Shown: positions 11,449 to 23,323, counted from the first letter of the stretch. The stretch: 64,000 nucleotides of DNA from Oopsacas minuta (GCA_024704765.1 JAKMXF010000313.1:279450-343449), one strand, 5' to 3'. Program-made: numbers and translations. Notes: generated from the letters alone by a model not told the origin.

Positions 11449-12203
11449 TCTATATTATTAAATCTCAATTGTTGTTTGTTTGTTTGTCCGTTGTCAAGGA
11501 AAGGATCTACGGTATACAATTTTGAAAATGTCGCATAACTATGTATTTATCGTGTTTATCAAGGAAGAAAATATAATTCAATAAAACTGCACTAAATGTA
11601 TCGAACATGCTGAACCCGATTTTCACACTTTTGGATTAATCATATGTAAATTTAATGTTGTTTTTATGAATATAAAATAAACAAATTTCAAAATTGAGGT
11701 ACAATCATACTTTCAACGACTATACTGGGGTACTCGAGTATGCTGAGTCCGAATATGGTATTGTAAACAACATATTGTGAATACTAGTGTACTTTTAGGT
11801 ACATAAAGTAAACAAATTTCAAAATTGAGGTATAATCATACTTTCAAGGACTATACTGGGGTAATCGAGTATGCTGAGCCCGAATATGGTATTGTATACA
11901 ATATATTGTGAATATTTGTTTACTTTAGCTACATAAGTAAACAAATTTCAAAAATGTTGTATAATCATACTTTCAACGACTATACTTGGGGTAATCGAGT
12001 ATGCTGAGTCCGAATATGGTATTGTAAACAATATATTGTGAATATTTGTTTACTTTTAGGTACATAAAGTAAACAAATATTGAATATTGTAAACAACATC
12101 AATACTATTAAATCACAATTATTGTTGTCTGTTTGTTTGTCCGTTGAATACCTCGAGGCGTAATTCGGCGAGTTCATCGCGAAGCGACGAGCCAAAAGGC
12201 TCG
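11449..12203 (+). mobile_element. Non-autonomous Helitron-like element with internal tandem expansion
   Basis: A|TCTATATTATTAAATCTCAATTG, (GTTT)n, and a 3' hairpin ACGAGCC-AAAA-GGCTCG|T. No TSD. Confidence 0.72.
11679..12081 (+). repeat. About 130-bp tandem repeat, 3 copies, with a hairpin at the unit junctions
   Basis: Unit AAACAAATTTCAAAATTGAGGT...GTATGCTGAGTCCGAATATGGTATTGTAAAC...TTTAGGTACATAAAGT starts at about 11679, 11811 and 11939. A 16-bp stem pairs 12041-12056 with 12066-12081. Confidence 0.85.
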
Positions 12204-14196
12204 TATATTATTAAAATTGATAAAACTGTTAAAACAAAATTGTTGAAGCAAGTTTAATTGAGAAACGATGGAATAACATCCAGAGCTGTCAATACACATA
12301 CAATATAAGTATAGAACAGGTAGCAGATGTTAGAATATACAAGTATTTTTATTAAATTATTATAAATCTAATTAATGTTAACTTAATCATAATATTGAAA
12401 ACGCGCTCAATCAAGGTCGATGAATCGCTCCACATAGCTTCTGGGCGAGAGAAGATTGCATGGAGCGATATGTTGGATTTTGATCAACATCTGGACTGCG
12501 ATAGTTGCCCAACTCGCGATGTCCCTTCTTCTTCAGCTTGGTAACTAGATATACTTGAATTAGACTTCAATTTATATCAATCACGATATTGAATATTGGG
12601 CATATTGGAAGGTAATATAAGTACACCAATTTGAATTTGACGTTACACCTCTCGAAACTGAAAGCGGTTTTTGGCATTTTGGCGGGAATTTTACTCAAAA
12701 AGCGGGAGACTCAAAATACATATATGCTATCTTTTGAGTTTACCTTGAATAGAAGGATATACATCTTATAATATCAATTTATTACATCTAGGTCTACGTA
12801 TTAAATAAAGTTATAAAATGAGTTGGCTAATTATCTTGAATAAATTATAAGTAATGAGCAGAACAAAAATTAGTATCGTGAATATAGCTTACAAGAACCA
12901 CCCTTTGGAAAAACGGTTCTCTTATACTATTTTATACTAGCTAGAAGAAAGAAATATCCAGATATTTAAATCGATTTGGCCAACTAATTTTGAAATATTG
13001 CTTCGATTAAATTCCTTTGGCACATATCTTCGGCCTCTTTCTCTGAGCAATCCAAATTAACTTTGATGAATTTATAGTACGTGTGGCTACAGAGTTAAAA
13101 CTGTAAAACATTCAAATCTTTCCTTTTATCACGTATTGATTATTTAATACAGCTGTAACTCCGTAAACATATGTAATACAGGTTCGTTCTGGTTATTTTG
13201 GATAGCGTAGAGAAAGGTGCAAAAGAGACGCGCCAAAGGAATTTGATCAAAGCAATTTCGATATCGCAATGAATAATTGGCAAAAATGGCAAATTTCCAA
13301 ATTTGGTACTTATTCACATGAAAATTACACATTTCCATGATAACGATCAAACTGACATATACAGACAGACAATATTTGAGAATTAATAATAATATGATAT
13401 AGATTCTTACGTGATGAGAAATGGTTAAAAAATTATTAATAGGTAGAGGCGTAGTCAGGGGCATAGCTAGCTTTTCCCTTTTGGGATGTAGGATTTACCA
13501 GTATCCTCAAGAATTCAAGGGTTGCTACAGGAGTGGCTGATAATTTCCCTGGAGTTGCCAACTCCTAGCTACGCCTATGTAGGTTGTATAGGATAATCAC
13601 TATAATATTTATTTTTGTTTCATCCCTCACTTCTTTGGATGGATTGAGTTAATCGTTACTTTGTAAGAATTATCGATATGGAAATATACCTGTACTATTA
13701 GTTCTACAATTACAACACATGGATGATTTGTCCATGATTCCATCTTGAACCTTTACCAATTTGTATATTAATAGTAAAGTTCAGATTTGATCTGCTATAT
13801 TTAGTGTATTGCATAAGATTAATTTTGATCAAGTGACCAATTATCCATTTAATGTAATTTGCAATATGTGTGTTATGTAATATTAGATTAGACACTAATA
13901 TCCATTAAGAAATTAGCCGATGGAAATTATCGGGTAGTCAATAGTGGAGTACTCCACATATCACTATATTTAGAAGAAACAAATAAATCTGGTAAATTGT
14001 TGATAATGATGTGCAAGGCGTAACGCATACGTGTCATACAGTATGTACGTAATTTCAGGTACAACGTAATGTTCAAACTGTTTGCAATAGAAGAGACTAT
14101 TATAGAATGATTTAATTCCTTCCTCCTTTAATTAAATATAAATAGTCATTCAATATATTAATTCATCAAAATACACTTCTTAACTATCTGTTCAGG

Positions 14197-15165
14197 ATGA
14201 AAGATGCTCTCCCAAACAAACATAAGGATAAAAAAGCTGAGGAATGGGCCTTGATACATTTCGGCAGGTTCCTCCTGTATGTCACGATAGTATGGTATGA
14301 ATTTACAGGCGCTATCCTACTGACTACGTTATTCATATACTTCAAATTTCATTATGCATTGTTAGCCCTGATTGCTATATTGCTGTTATACCGTATCAGA
14401 CTCCCTTTTGAGTATAACGGAGCCCTCTATCTAAAATGGATGCGAAAAAATTCCTGGTTACGTTTAGTTAACAACGCAGAGCCTTGGGAGACAATATTCA
14501 TGGAGAAATTAGATGCCACTGAGATGTACATGATCGTTGGCTATCCACACGGTATGTTACCGATTTCATGGTTGTTATTTTTATTCGACCTAGCGAAACA
14601 CAACATATTTCCCCGAGCATTTGTAGCTGACATTGTCATGCGTATACCAGGTTGTAGAGAGATAACGCTTCTATTGGGAGGAGTTAATGCGAGCTGGAAG
14701 AGCATTAAAAAAGCTTGTGAGCAAGGTCAGAGCATGTTCGTATTGCCTGGATCGATCACTGAAATGAAGTACAATGACAAAAAGGCTGATAAACATATAT
14801 ACGTCATCAAGAGAAAGGGTTTCTTAAAGGCTTCATTGCAGTACGGGTATACCATTGTGCCAGTAGTCGGAGTAGGTGTGACAGATCTATACTCAGCACT
14901 AATAATTCCCTCTGAATGGTTCAAGAGGCTGTTTGGAATATATCCCTTTGTGCCGTTTGGAGAATATGAGGTGTGTTTTCCTCGCACTGTCCCTATACAC
15001 AATATAATCGGTAAACCTATCAAAGTCGAAAAAAATGTCTTGTACACGGAAGATGACGTAACAAAGCTCTCAGACAAATATTATAGTGGACTACAAGATG
15101 CTTTAGATCATTACAACGCATTGTACTCCGACGACTACGAACTGAAAATAGTTACGGAATCTTAG
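14197..15165 (+). CDS. DGAT2/MOGAT-family acyltransferase
   Basis: N-terminal hydrophobic helices, then YPHG (HPHG-equivalent), PGSITEM, RKGFLKASLQYGYTIVPV and IIGKPIKV. Confidence 0.85.
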   Translation: MKDALPNKHKDKKAEEWALIHFGRFLLYVTIVWYEFTGAILLTTLFIYFKFHYALLALIAILLLYRIRLPFEYNGALYLKWMRKNSWLRLVNNAEPWETIFMEKLDATEMYMIVGYPHGMLPISWLLFLFDLAKHNIFPRAFVADIVMRIPGCREITLLLGGVNASWKSIKKACEQGQSMFVLPGSITEMKYNDKKADKHIYVIKRKGFLKASLQYGYTIVPVVGVGVTDLYSALIIPSEWFKRLFGIYPFVPFGEYEVCFPRTVPIHNIIGKPIKVEKNVLYTEDDVTKLSDKYYSGLQDALDHYNALYSDDYELKIVTES

Positions 15166-16948
15166 ATAGTGCATAGTCATTGTTCTCATAGACAACAACA
15201 GTAGACTTTGTATAATTAAGAGTATACTGTACTGGTAAATTTTCGTATTGTAATTAATTTCTTCGAGTGTAACATATTCTATTCAGTTACGTCGCCATGA
15301 GGGAACATAGGGGATAATGCCCCCTGAAGAAAATTAGATAATTAATTCGGATTTGAGATGAGGTAAACGTACTGGAAAAATTTTTCCCTAGCAAATTTTA
15401 CCATTGACCAATGAATGAGTAGCAAGTTCACAGTACACCGGGATTTAATTCAATACCTTAAATATTAATGTGCAATACAAGCAGCTTAGATATCCCCAAA
15501 CTTAGTTATAAGAACTAGAGGTGTACTGTTTGCACTGGCTCGTTATCTGATTTTACTCCATTATAACAAGCATATAGATTCTAGATACTGGATATGCCTG
15601 TAAATATTACTTCAGACTATCTCTCAAGGTTGATACTTGAGAGTAATATTATATATTTATGTTTGAATATTACAGACATAGAGGAAACAATTACTTAATT
15701 TCACTGTGTACTATGAGAGTGACATTGAATTTAGGACATTCTATAGGATAAAGCAATGCAGACGATCATGCAACAGTGTTGCAAGAAATAGAACAGGAAT
15801 GGCCAACTTATGCAAAATTATCCAATATGATTTTTGATTCAAATCAGTTTGCTAGTATGAAGTCTCTTTATTGCAGTGCTCGACAAATTAACATGTTTGG
15901 TGGCGATAATTAGATCCAACCACCAGCAGATCAACCAACAATATATAATAGCTACCTAAATGCTAAACTTGGTGGCTTAGTTGAACCGCCAAAACATTTA
16001 CGTTCTACAAGAGCTTGTAACCTCAGTTTTGAAATTTGAAACCATCTATAAATTTGATTTTGGCGAGCATTGCTTTATCGTAAGCTTTTTCATCTCTTTG
16101 GGGTTTCACAATAATCGATCCTAATCGTATAAGCATGTTAAATATAAGAACTAAATGTGAAGTACATTTTCATCAAATGTTGATCGGTAAATTTTCATCT
16201 TACATCGTACATATAGAAATTGTGTAGAATTTTAGGTTTACGCGCGTTCACTTCCAGCCAAGTGTATACATCGAGCATTTTGAAGTTATCAAAAACAGCC
16301 TCAGATTTGTAAAGAATGTGGGAGTTACATACATTTTTCCATCGTTTTATTCTAACAATCAGTTTTTCTTACTAAATTCCTGCAAATAAGTGTAGTAAGA
16401 AAATGCTTTCGAAAGTAATACATCTTTTGGTTGCAAATGCTGGTCAGACCAGCATTTGTCTGGTAACTTAAGGCGTAAGAATGGAATGCGTATACATTTG
16501 TCCTAGATCCTGCCTGCCAAGCTGCCATAATACTTTGGATCAAAGGGACTCTATAAGGCAGGTAATAATAAAGATGACTTCGATTGGTGGAGAGAGCTCG
16601 AAATAAGGAATTCAAAACACATTTTCGATTGAAGAGCATCAGAATAAGACCAAGTACACCCAATGTTCCTGGTATATTCCTGGCAAGTGGTAAGCTTCTG
16701 GGCCGCCTGAATTCCCGGGTGTCCGAGTGGGTTGTAACCCCCATAGCTCCAATGGTCCGTTGCCTGGGCCCACTAAACTTAAAAAAGAAGTATTCTGCAT
16801 ATGTCTGAAGCTAATGAAAATCATTATGCACACAATATAATTACTGAAATACAATTTTGGGAAAGGAAATATGGTAGAATTTAATGTATAAATCGAGAGA
16901 TTTATGTATTATGTATTCGTATCATGAGAAAACAAGTAAACAGAATAA

Positions 16949-18112
16949 TTACGAAAGTAAGGAATGTATTTTCGATATATTATTCGTAAAATATTGCTGT
17001 GTGTTTAAACTGAATTTATTCTGTAAATTTTGCAATATTTCAGCCAAAGATTTAATTCTGTCCTCTATCCTAGTGTATCTGTATTTCACCTGATTAAAAT
17101 AATTCAAGAACAACTTCTCTTCATAAAGATTCCCTATTTTTTTGGTGAATTTCAGCAATGGATACTGATGTGAATTGAGAATGGTATAGAATGTCAGTCT
17201 TCCCGCATCGAAGTGGAATATTATACGTTTATCACTATGCGTATTTATGAATTCAGCAGCGAAAAGATCTGTTAATTTCATGGACAGCGCATGCAACTTG
17301 CAGTTTCCATCTCGATTTGAACCTAAGTGTTGGAAATCGAATGTTATTTTTTCAATGTATGATGCTATTAGTTGTCCTGGGTTACGAGATTGCTGTATAG
17401 AATGTACGATTTTCTCACCTAGTGTTTTAGCCTCAGATTTTGAGAGTTTACGTGTAGGATTTTGTAGTATAGTTTTATACACATTAAGTTGACGTGCAGA
17501 ACACTTTTCCGCTAATGTTGATTCCTTTGCTTGACGGTGCAGCTCTGAAATTCGCGGCTTTTGTAGTGAATCAATTTCCATCAAAGTTAATCTTGCGTAA
17601 ATTTTCAAATTATCAGGAACATGTTCCATTACATAATCAGGATTAGTCAAAACATTTCGAACTATATAAGGTAGATAAGGTTTGAATGGAAAACAATTAA
17701 ATAAAACTCTGTAGAAACTAGGAAGTCTGAAAAAATTCTTACTGAGATACCACTTGACATCGCGAATAATTTCACTCTTCTCTTTTCTCATAATTATCTC
17801 CAATGATTCATAAAAGTAATCTTTATATTCACATTTAGCAAAAGAGCGATCACCTTTTGATGAAAAAATCTTTCTAAACTCATCGAATAGTAAAACTTTT
17901 GAGTCCGCTTCCTCCAAGCCGAAATTTATAGAAAATGAATTGGAGAGGATAGTAAGCTTTACATTATGAGAAAATGCAAATGATTCGGCCTCGATTGAGC
18001 AAGCGAATCGTCCGATATTCTTTTTTATATGTCTTGTGAAATATAGACAGTATATGAAAAATAGTAGTAAAATGATTATTGGGGATAATAAAGTTACTAG
18101 CAAAAATAACAT
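16949..18112 (-). CDS. Orphan 387-aa protein with an N-terminal signal/transmembrane segment
   Basis: 1164-bp open frame in very AT-rich DNA. The first roughly 25 aa are hydrophobic, followed by basic residues. No family recognised. Confidence 0.6.
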   Translation of the reverse strand: MLFLLVTLLSPIIILLLFFIYCLYFTRHIKKNIGRFACSIEAESFAFSHNVKLTILSNSFSINFGLEEADSKVLLFDEFRKIFSSKGDRSFAKCEYKDYFYESLEIIMRKEKSEIIRDVKWYLSKNFFRLPSFYRVLFNCFPFKPYLPYIVRNVLTNPDYVMEHVPDNLKIYARLTLMEIDSLQKPRISELHRQAKESTLAEKCSARQLNVYKTILQNPTRKLSKSEAKTLGEKIVHSIQQSRNPGQLIASYIEKITFDFQHLGSNRDGNCKLHALSMKLTDLFAAEFINTHSDKRIIFHFDAGRLTFYTILNSHQYPLLKFTKKIGNLYEEKLFLNYFNQVKYRYTRIEDRIKSLAEILQNLQNKFSLNTQQYFTNNISKIHSLLS

Positions 18113-18469
18113 CTAGAGGAGATATAATAAATGAATGTATAACAAATAAAATACTAACCTAGGGTTCAAAAACTTGTGGTTCATTAGAATTAAGGCGCGT
18201 ACAGTATTCCAAAGCTTGACTTTTCACGCCTTCCAATCTATATTTAATACGAATCTAGCTCAGGAAGTTGGGCATAAATCTAATATATAGCTGAGCCACA
18301 GTATAATACAGTTTTTTGTAATACAAAATCCCCATACCTTCATCCGAAAAGGTGACTTTTATTGATCTGAAAAATGACTTTTCCTGACCAAGATACAAAA
18401 GCTAATACACAAAAACTGTACTATATTGTATAGCTGAGCTGTACATAAGTTATTCGATTCGTGGTTTGG

Positions 18470-18587
18470 GTGATTGTTGGTTGTCATATGATAAATGATA
18501 TTTTTACCATTTTATGACAAATAATTCTCATTGGGTAGAAATATGACTAAGATGCTTGAGCTGCACTCTCAGTCAGCTGGACATTTT
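18470..18587 (+). mobile_element. 3' fragment of the HINE/DINE-1-like family
   Basis: GAGCTGCACT (18558-18567) followed by CAGTCAGCTGGACATTTT, matching the 3' ends at 26078-26112 and 33472-33505. Upstream sequence resembles 33390-33470. Confidence 0.55.
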
Positions 18588-18632
18588 CTCTTTTATAATT
18601 CAATTAATAGAATATCTAAGCAGATTCTGTAA

Positions 18633-20558
18633 ATGGAGCAGGCAAGCTGCAACACTGGTAGTAAAAGGGCCAGACAGTTTGACTTTGAGCAGATATTTCA
18701 GGAAGCTCATAAAACTGCGAGAGAGCGATCTCACTCTAACAAACAAGATTTATCAGATTATAACCTGAATGACAAACTTGAGGCTAATATTATAATTCCT
18801 GGAGAAGTTCTGGAAGATCCTGGATCCATGCAAGTAGATAATAGTCTTAGTACTGCAACCACTAGTGAAATATATGAACCCGAAAGGATCATTCCATTAG
18901 AAGATCCTACCACACCTATCGTTATACAATCAAAGTTAGAGAGACCTGATATTCAAATCGGACCTCCTATCCCCTCTAATTTCCTACCTCCTAATAGCAT
19001 TCTACCCTCACAAGAGTCTGGAGAGGACTCTACCAGTTCAGAGAGCGAAGAGGACCGTACAACTCAATCAGCCCCACCTGCTCTACAGCTCTGGTCACAG
19101 GGAGCTCATTCCAAACTCGTTTCTACTCTCTCATTCGACCCTTCTGGAACCAGACTTGTATCTGGTGGCTATGATTTCAATCTCGCTCTCTGGGATTTCA
19201 CGGAATCTCAAGCGAACAAAGGAGGGTCCCCTCACCCTTTTAGAAGTTCTGAACCTTGTGAGAGTCATGCGCTACTCTCCGTCGCGTTTAGTACCAGCGG
19301 AGATCGGATAATGGTATGTCCTGCCAGCGCAGAGGTGTTGGTACTTGACAGAGACGGGAAACAGCTGGCCACTTCCCCTAAGGGCGACCAATACTTGTCT
19401 GATATGGCAAAGACTAAAGGTCATGTTGCCTCCATGCGTGCAGGGGCATGGCACCCGCGTGATAAGAACGTGCTAGCCAGCTGCGGAGAAGACTGTACAA
19501 CCCGCGTGTGGGAGATTAAGAAAGATAAATTAGTTCAGACACAGGTACTGAAGGCTAGAGATTCTCACGGAAGAAAAACTGTTGTGAGCTCTCTCTGCTA
19601 CTCTATGGATGGGAAACATCTGGCTACTGGATGTAGAGATGGGAGTGTTCAGATTTGGGCCGGGAATAAATCCTGGAACAGCAGACCTAACCTCTGGAAT
19701 AATACAGCACATGAGAATGGTAGTGATTTGTGTAATCTATTATTCTGTACAGATTCTAATTACCTGTTCAGTCGCTCTGGAGATGGAAGTGTTAAAGGCT
19801 GGGATCTAAGAAAGTTCAAAGAACCAGTCTCTTCTAACTCGCTGCTCCCTTGTAGTTTGCAACACTCAGGGCTTTGTCTAAGTCCAGATGGACGGAAACT
19901 CGCTGTATCCATCAGTGGTAGCATCAGAGGAGACGGAGCTGTTGCTTTTCTAGACAGAGAGTCCCTTCAGGAGACAGAAAAGTTTAGTTTCCCAGAGGTG
20001 GAGGGGGTAGGTCCACTTATTTGGCAACCTCGTCTTAATCAGCTGGTGGGAGGCTGTTCTGGGGGCGGGGTCTGCTTCCTCTATGACGTCAATAAAAGTC
20101 AGAGAGGTGCTCTGTTCTTCCTAGGCGAGAAAAGCACTAAACAACCTAGACCTAAAGAAACATACGTGTCTGGAGGACTGGATAGCATGATTATCACACC
20201 CCACTCTCTGCCTCTTTTCAGAGAGAAACGCCCCTGGTCTCTCAAGAGGAAGCGTGAAAAGGAACGACAAGAGATATCAATTTCCAGAGCTCCGGAGAGA
20301 CCTGTCGGGAAGCAGGGGAAGGGGGGCAGACTAGCAGAGGGTGGGGGCTCTATTTCCTCATACGTTGTTAAGAATATGGCTCTAGAGAAGGTAGAGAGGG
20401 AAGTTGAAGATCCCAGAGCTGCTATCCTTAAATATGCTGATTCTGCGATGAATAATCCATACTTTGTAGCACCAGCCTACAAGCAAACACAGCCACATTC
20501 TCTATTCAAAGAATCTAATCAGTCGGAAGAGGGATCTGGCAAAGATACTGAAAGTTAA
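18633..20558 (+). CDS. WDR70: WD repeat protein 70 (Gad-1 homologue)
   Basis: DPSGTRLVSGGYDF..WDF, KGDQYLSDMAKTKGH, WDLRKFKEP, IITPHSLPLFRE and DPRAAILKYA are diagnostic WDR70 motifs. Confidence 0.93.
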   Translation: MEQASCNTGSKRARQFDFEQIFQEAHKTARERSHSNKQDLSDYNLNDKLEANIIIPGEVLEDPGSMQVDNSLSTATTSEIYEPERIIPLEDPTTPIVIQSKLERPDIQIGPPIPSNFLPPNSILPSQESGEDSTSSESEEDRTTQSAPPALQLWSQGAHSKLVSTLSFDPSGTRLVSGGYDFNLALWDFTESQANKGGSPHPFRSSEPCESHALLSVAFSTSGDRIMVCPASAEVLVLDRDGKQLATSPKGDQYLSDMAKTKGHVASMRAGAWHPRDKNVLASCGEDCTTRVWEIKKDKLVQTQVLKARDSHGRKTVVSSLCYSMDGKHLATGCRDGSVQIWAGNKSWNSRPNLWNNTAHENGSDLCNLLFCTDSNYLFSRSGDGSVKGWDLRKFKEPVSSNSLLPCSLQHSGLCLSPDGRKLAVSISGSIRGDGAVAFLDRESLQETEKFSFPEVEGVGPLIWQPRLNQLVGGCSGGGVCFLYDVNKSQRGALFFLGEKSTKQPRPKETYVSGGLDSMIITPHSLPLFREKRPWSLKRKREKERQEISISRAPERPVGKQGKGGRLAEGGGSISSYVVKNMALEKVEREVEDPRAAILKYADSAMNNPYFVAPAYKQTQPHSLFKESNQSEEGSGKDTES

Positions 20559-20710
20559 AAGCGATAATATTCCTGAAAAATGTTTAATCATTTTCACTTT
20601 TGCTTTGTTGAGTACAAGAGTTTTGTTCTCTTTATTTAATATTTTTCTGGTCGATAAAGATTAATAGCCTTCATTACACAATATAAATGTCTAACCAGCA
20701 TTTACATACC

Positions 20711-21286
20711 CAGGACCGGATTAGCCTATAAGCCAAATAAGCCATGGCTTAGGGCCTCACGGCACTCACCAATTCAACGAAGAAATAGCTTGGCATAGCC
20801 AGTCTCAGTCCCCACACTGCATTTGTTGTTTGCTCGCAAAGTGTAGTCATTTTAAATGCGAACGCCACAAAAATCAATCTTAATTGAATGACAAGGCAGT
20901 CAATATGAAAACATCAAAACAACGTCTGTATCCACTATATTCAATTGTTAAGCTTCATTTCTGAGTTCCACTCAGCCTAGCAATGAATAAAGTTATCTTA
21001 TATATTAAAACTCAATAGTTTTTATTGTTTTTTTTAATTTCCCATTTGATTAGTTTGATTCAATTTTTAATGAAAATGGTATTTAGTATTATTTTCTAAA
21101 TTTATAATACATGATGCTTAATAAATGGTATTTGTCAGTTACATATAGACTTTCAGTTTATATTAAGCGAGGCCAGGGAGTGAGGGGTGAGCCTCTTTGA
21201 AATGCTTGCTATTCTGAGCAGGAATTATAGAGTGAGCCTCATAGTATACTTGGCTTAGGGCCCCATCGAGTGCTAATCCGGCCCTG
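20711..21286 (+). mobile_element. hAT MITE, copy 1
   Basis: TIR CAGGACCGGATTAG / CTAATCCGGCCCTG. 8-bp TSD TACATACC / TACGTACC (7 of 8). Near-identical inverted copy at 34955-35527. Confidence 0.88.
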
Positions 21287-21399
21287 TACGTACCCTTTCA
21301 CAGCTTTCACCGAAGGAAATTTCACCAGTTTTTATACTGCAATTGTTTGATAAATTTCGTCAGCGAACAGCACTACATTACCCTAACTATTATATTATA

Positions 21400-21771
21400 C
21401 GAGTACTCTTCCCTTGCTCGTGTTGCACGATTTGTTGTTAACAATATCTTCTAAGGAATCAGCGTACTCGATTACCCCATAATTAAACAAATTCTCTAGC
21501 CTCATTTTAAAACATCTTCGAAAATGTGTGAAAATATGAGTAATCATATGACAACAAATATTCATCATATGTTGTTCACAATATCATATTCGATCAGTAT
21601 ACTCGATTACCCTAAAGTAATTGTTTACCTTTCCTATATCGTCAACAGAAGGATATGTTATTCCCTAAATTATATACGCAGATCATCTTCCCCTATTATT
21701 ATAATACAAAGTGAACAAACTTACAAACAAACAAATACACACACACAATAATTGAGTTTTAATAAGATAGA
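21400..21771 (-). mobile_element. Helitron-like element abutting the JMJD4 start
   Basis: On the minus strand: A|TCTATCTTATTAAAACTCAATT, (GT/GTTT)n, internal GGGGTAATCGAGTA motifs, and a 3' end ACGAGCAAGGGAAGAGTACTCG|T. Confidence 0.62.
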
Positions 21772-21802
21772 TTTTGCTGGAATAGATTTACCATTAAGAC
21801 TG

Positions 21803-23323
21803 ATGGAATTTTTGTTTCAATTTCGAGAGAATCTTTTGGTTGAAGAATTCTTTTCGGAGTTTTTATATCCAAACCGCCCTTGTCTCATATCCAACTTGAC
21901 AACAGACTGGAATGCTAATGAATGGTGTAATGACGATAAAATTCATTTTGACTTTTTAAAATCTGCGTTTGGTGAATTGACAGTCCCTGTTGCAAACTGT
22001 GACGCAAAAGAGTTCAATTCTAATCCAAAATCTGAATGGCTATTTAAGGAATATCTGAGCTATTGGCAGCACAATACACAATTAGATCTCTGTAGAGCGA
22101 TTGATTCGAATAAATTAAACGATTCTGAGAACTGTTCAAATGTAACTTCTAATAATTTGTATTTGAAAGATTGGCATTTCACTCGTGACGTTATTAGTTA
22201 CTCCGCGTATAAAACTCCGTTAATATTCACTTCTGACTGGCTGAATGAATTCTACTCTCAGAAAATTGATACTAGAGATGATTATAAATTTGTGTATATG
22301 GGTACTAAAGGGACCTGGACTCCTCTGCACTACGACGTGTTCAGATCGTATAGCTGGTCTAGCAATGTAGTTGGTACTAAAATGTGGATTCTATTCCCAA
22401 GTGGAGATGAAGTATGTTTGAAGAATATTAGAGGAGAGTTGGTGTACAATGTAATGCCAGTGCTGAAAGGTTCTCTTGCTGGTAAGTATGTACAGAATAT
22501 TTTAAATGGTAATTTTGATGTAAATGAACATTTTCGTGAATTCTCTATTAATACAGAAGGTTTCAGTCAGTTAAAAGGTTCAGAGCTGTTTATAAAAGAA
22601 AACTCTCCTAAAATTATCAGAGTTGTTATTATTTTGCAACGAAAAGGAGAAACTATTTTCGTTCCAAGTGGTTGGCATCATCAGGTACACAATCTTGATG
22701 ACGTAATATCAGTCAACCATAATTGGATAAATGCTTGTAACGTTCACGAAATGTGGGATAATCTCAGTAGTGAGCTTGATCGTGTTAAGGAGTCTATTTC
22801 AGATTGTATAGAGATGGAGGGATGGCATGCTCAGTGTCAGCTGATCCTCTTGAGTTTAGCAGGAATGAATTACTCAATGTTCTGTGAATTTATTCTAATT
22901 ATTTCTCTGCCTAGGTTATTACAAATGAAACTGCTATCACAGAAAAATTCAGAGTTACATTATCTGATACAAATATTGGATCACATAATCAAATATATTT
23001 CAGAGTTCTTAATTGAGCAGAAAGAATTTAAATTTCACTCAAATGAACAATTGAGTGAATATATTTCAACATTCGTTCCATCTCCAAATAACTTGGATAC
23101 TTATCTCCCTCCCTATCTTTCTATTTCTGCTCCCTCTCTACACAAACATATCATCTTTATTTTCTTCGAACTTTCAAGAATTTTATCTGTTTTGAAAGAA
23201 TTAATAGAATCAAAAGATTTTGAATTGTATATAAATAATTCTGAATTATTCGCAACTATGAATGCTTTCTTTATAGATTTAACTTCTATTTGGACAGCGG
23301 ACGATAATAATAATGAAAATTAA
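21803..23323 (+). CDS. JMJD4: JmjC-domain hydroxylase JMJD4
   Basis: YLKDWHF, SDWLNEF, DYKFVYMGTKGTWTPLHYDVFRSYSWS, FVPSGWHHQVHN and ISVNHNWIN. First in-frame ATG is at 21803; the TTG start at 21752 in the ORF track lies inside a repeat. Confidence 0.9.
   Translation: MEFLFQFRENLLVEEFFSEFLYPNRPCLISNLTTDWNANEWCNDDKIHFDFLKSAFGELTVPVANCDAKEFNSNPKSEWLFKEYLSYWQHNTQLDLCRAIDSNKLNDSENCSNVTSNNLYLKDWHFTRDVISYSAYKTPLIFTSDWLNEFYSQKIDTRDDYKFVYMGTKGTWTPLHYDVFRSYSWSSNVVGTKMWILFPSGDEVCLKNIRGELVYNVMPVLKGSLAGKYVQNILNGNFDVNEHFREFSINTEGFSQLKGSELFIKENSPKIIRVVIILQRKGETIFVPSGWHHQVHNLDDVISVNHNWINACNVHEMWDNLSSELDRVKESISDCIEMEGWHAQCQLILLSLAGMNYSMFCEFILIISLPRLLQMKLLSQKNSELHYLIQILDHIIKYISEFLIEQKEFKFHSNEQLSEYISTFVPSPNNLDTYLPPYLSISAPSLHKHIIFIFFELSRILSVLKELIESKDFELYINNSELFATMNAFFIDLTSIWTADDNNNEN

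Noticed and set aside
11679-12081. CRISPR-like array (repeats with hairpins)
   Set aside because: Whole ~130-bp units repeat with no unique spacers, the context is eukaryotic, and no cas genes are present. It is the interior of a Helitron-like element.
12380-12720. GC-raised patch with an E2F-like TTTTGGCGGGAA site and a possible Cys-UGA reading
   Set aside because: No frame gives a recognisable protein, no SECIS was identified, and there is no gene to assign the site to.
16352-16854. Overlapping 70-130-aa ORFs
   Set aside because: No motifs, they overlap on both strands, and they probably reflect decayed repeat sequence.
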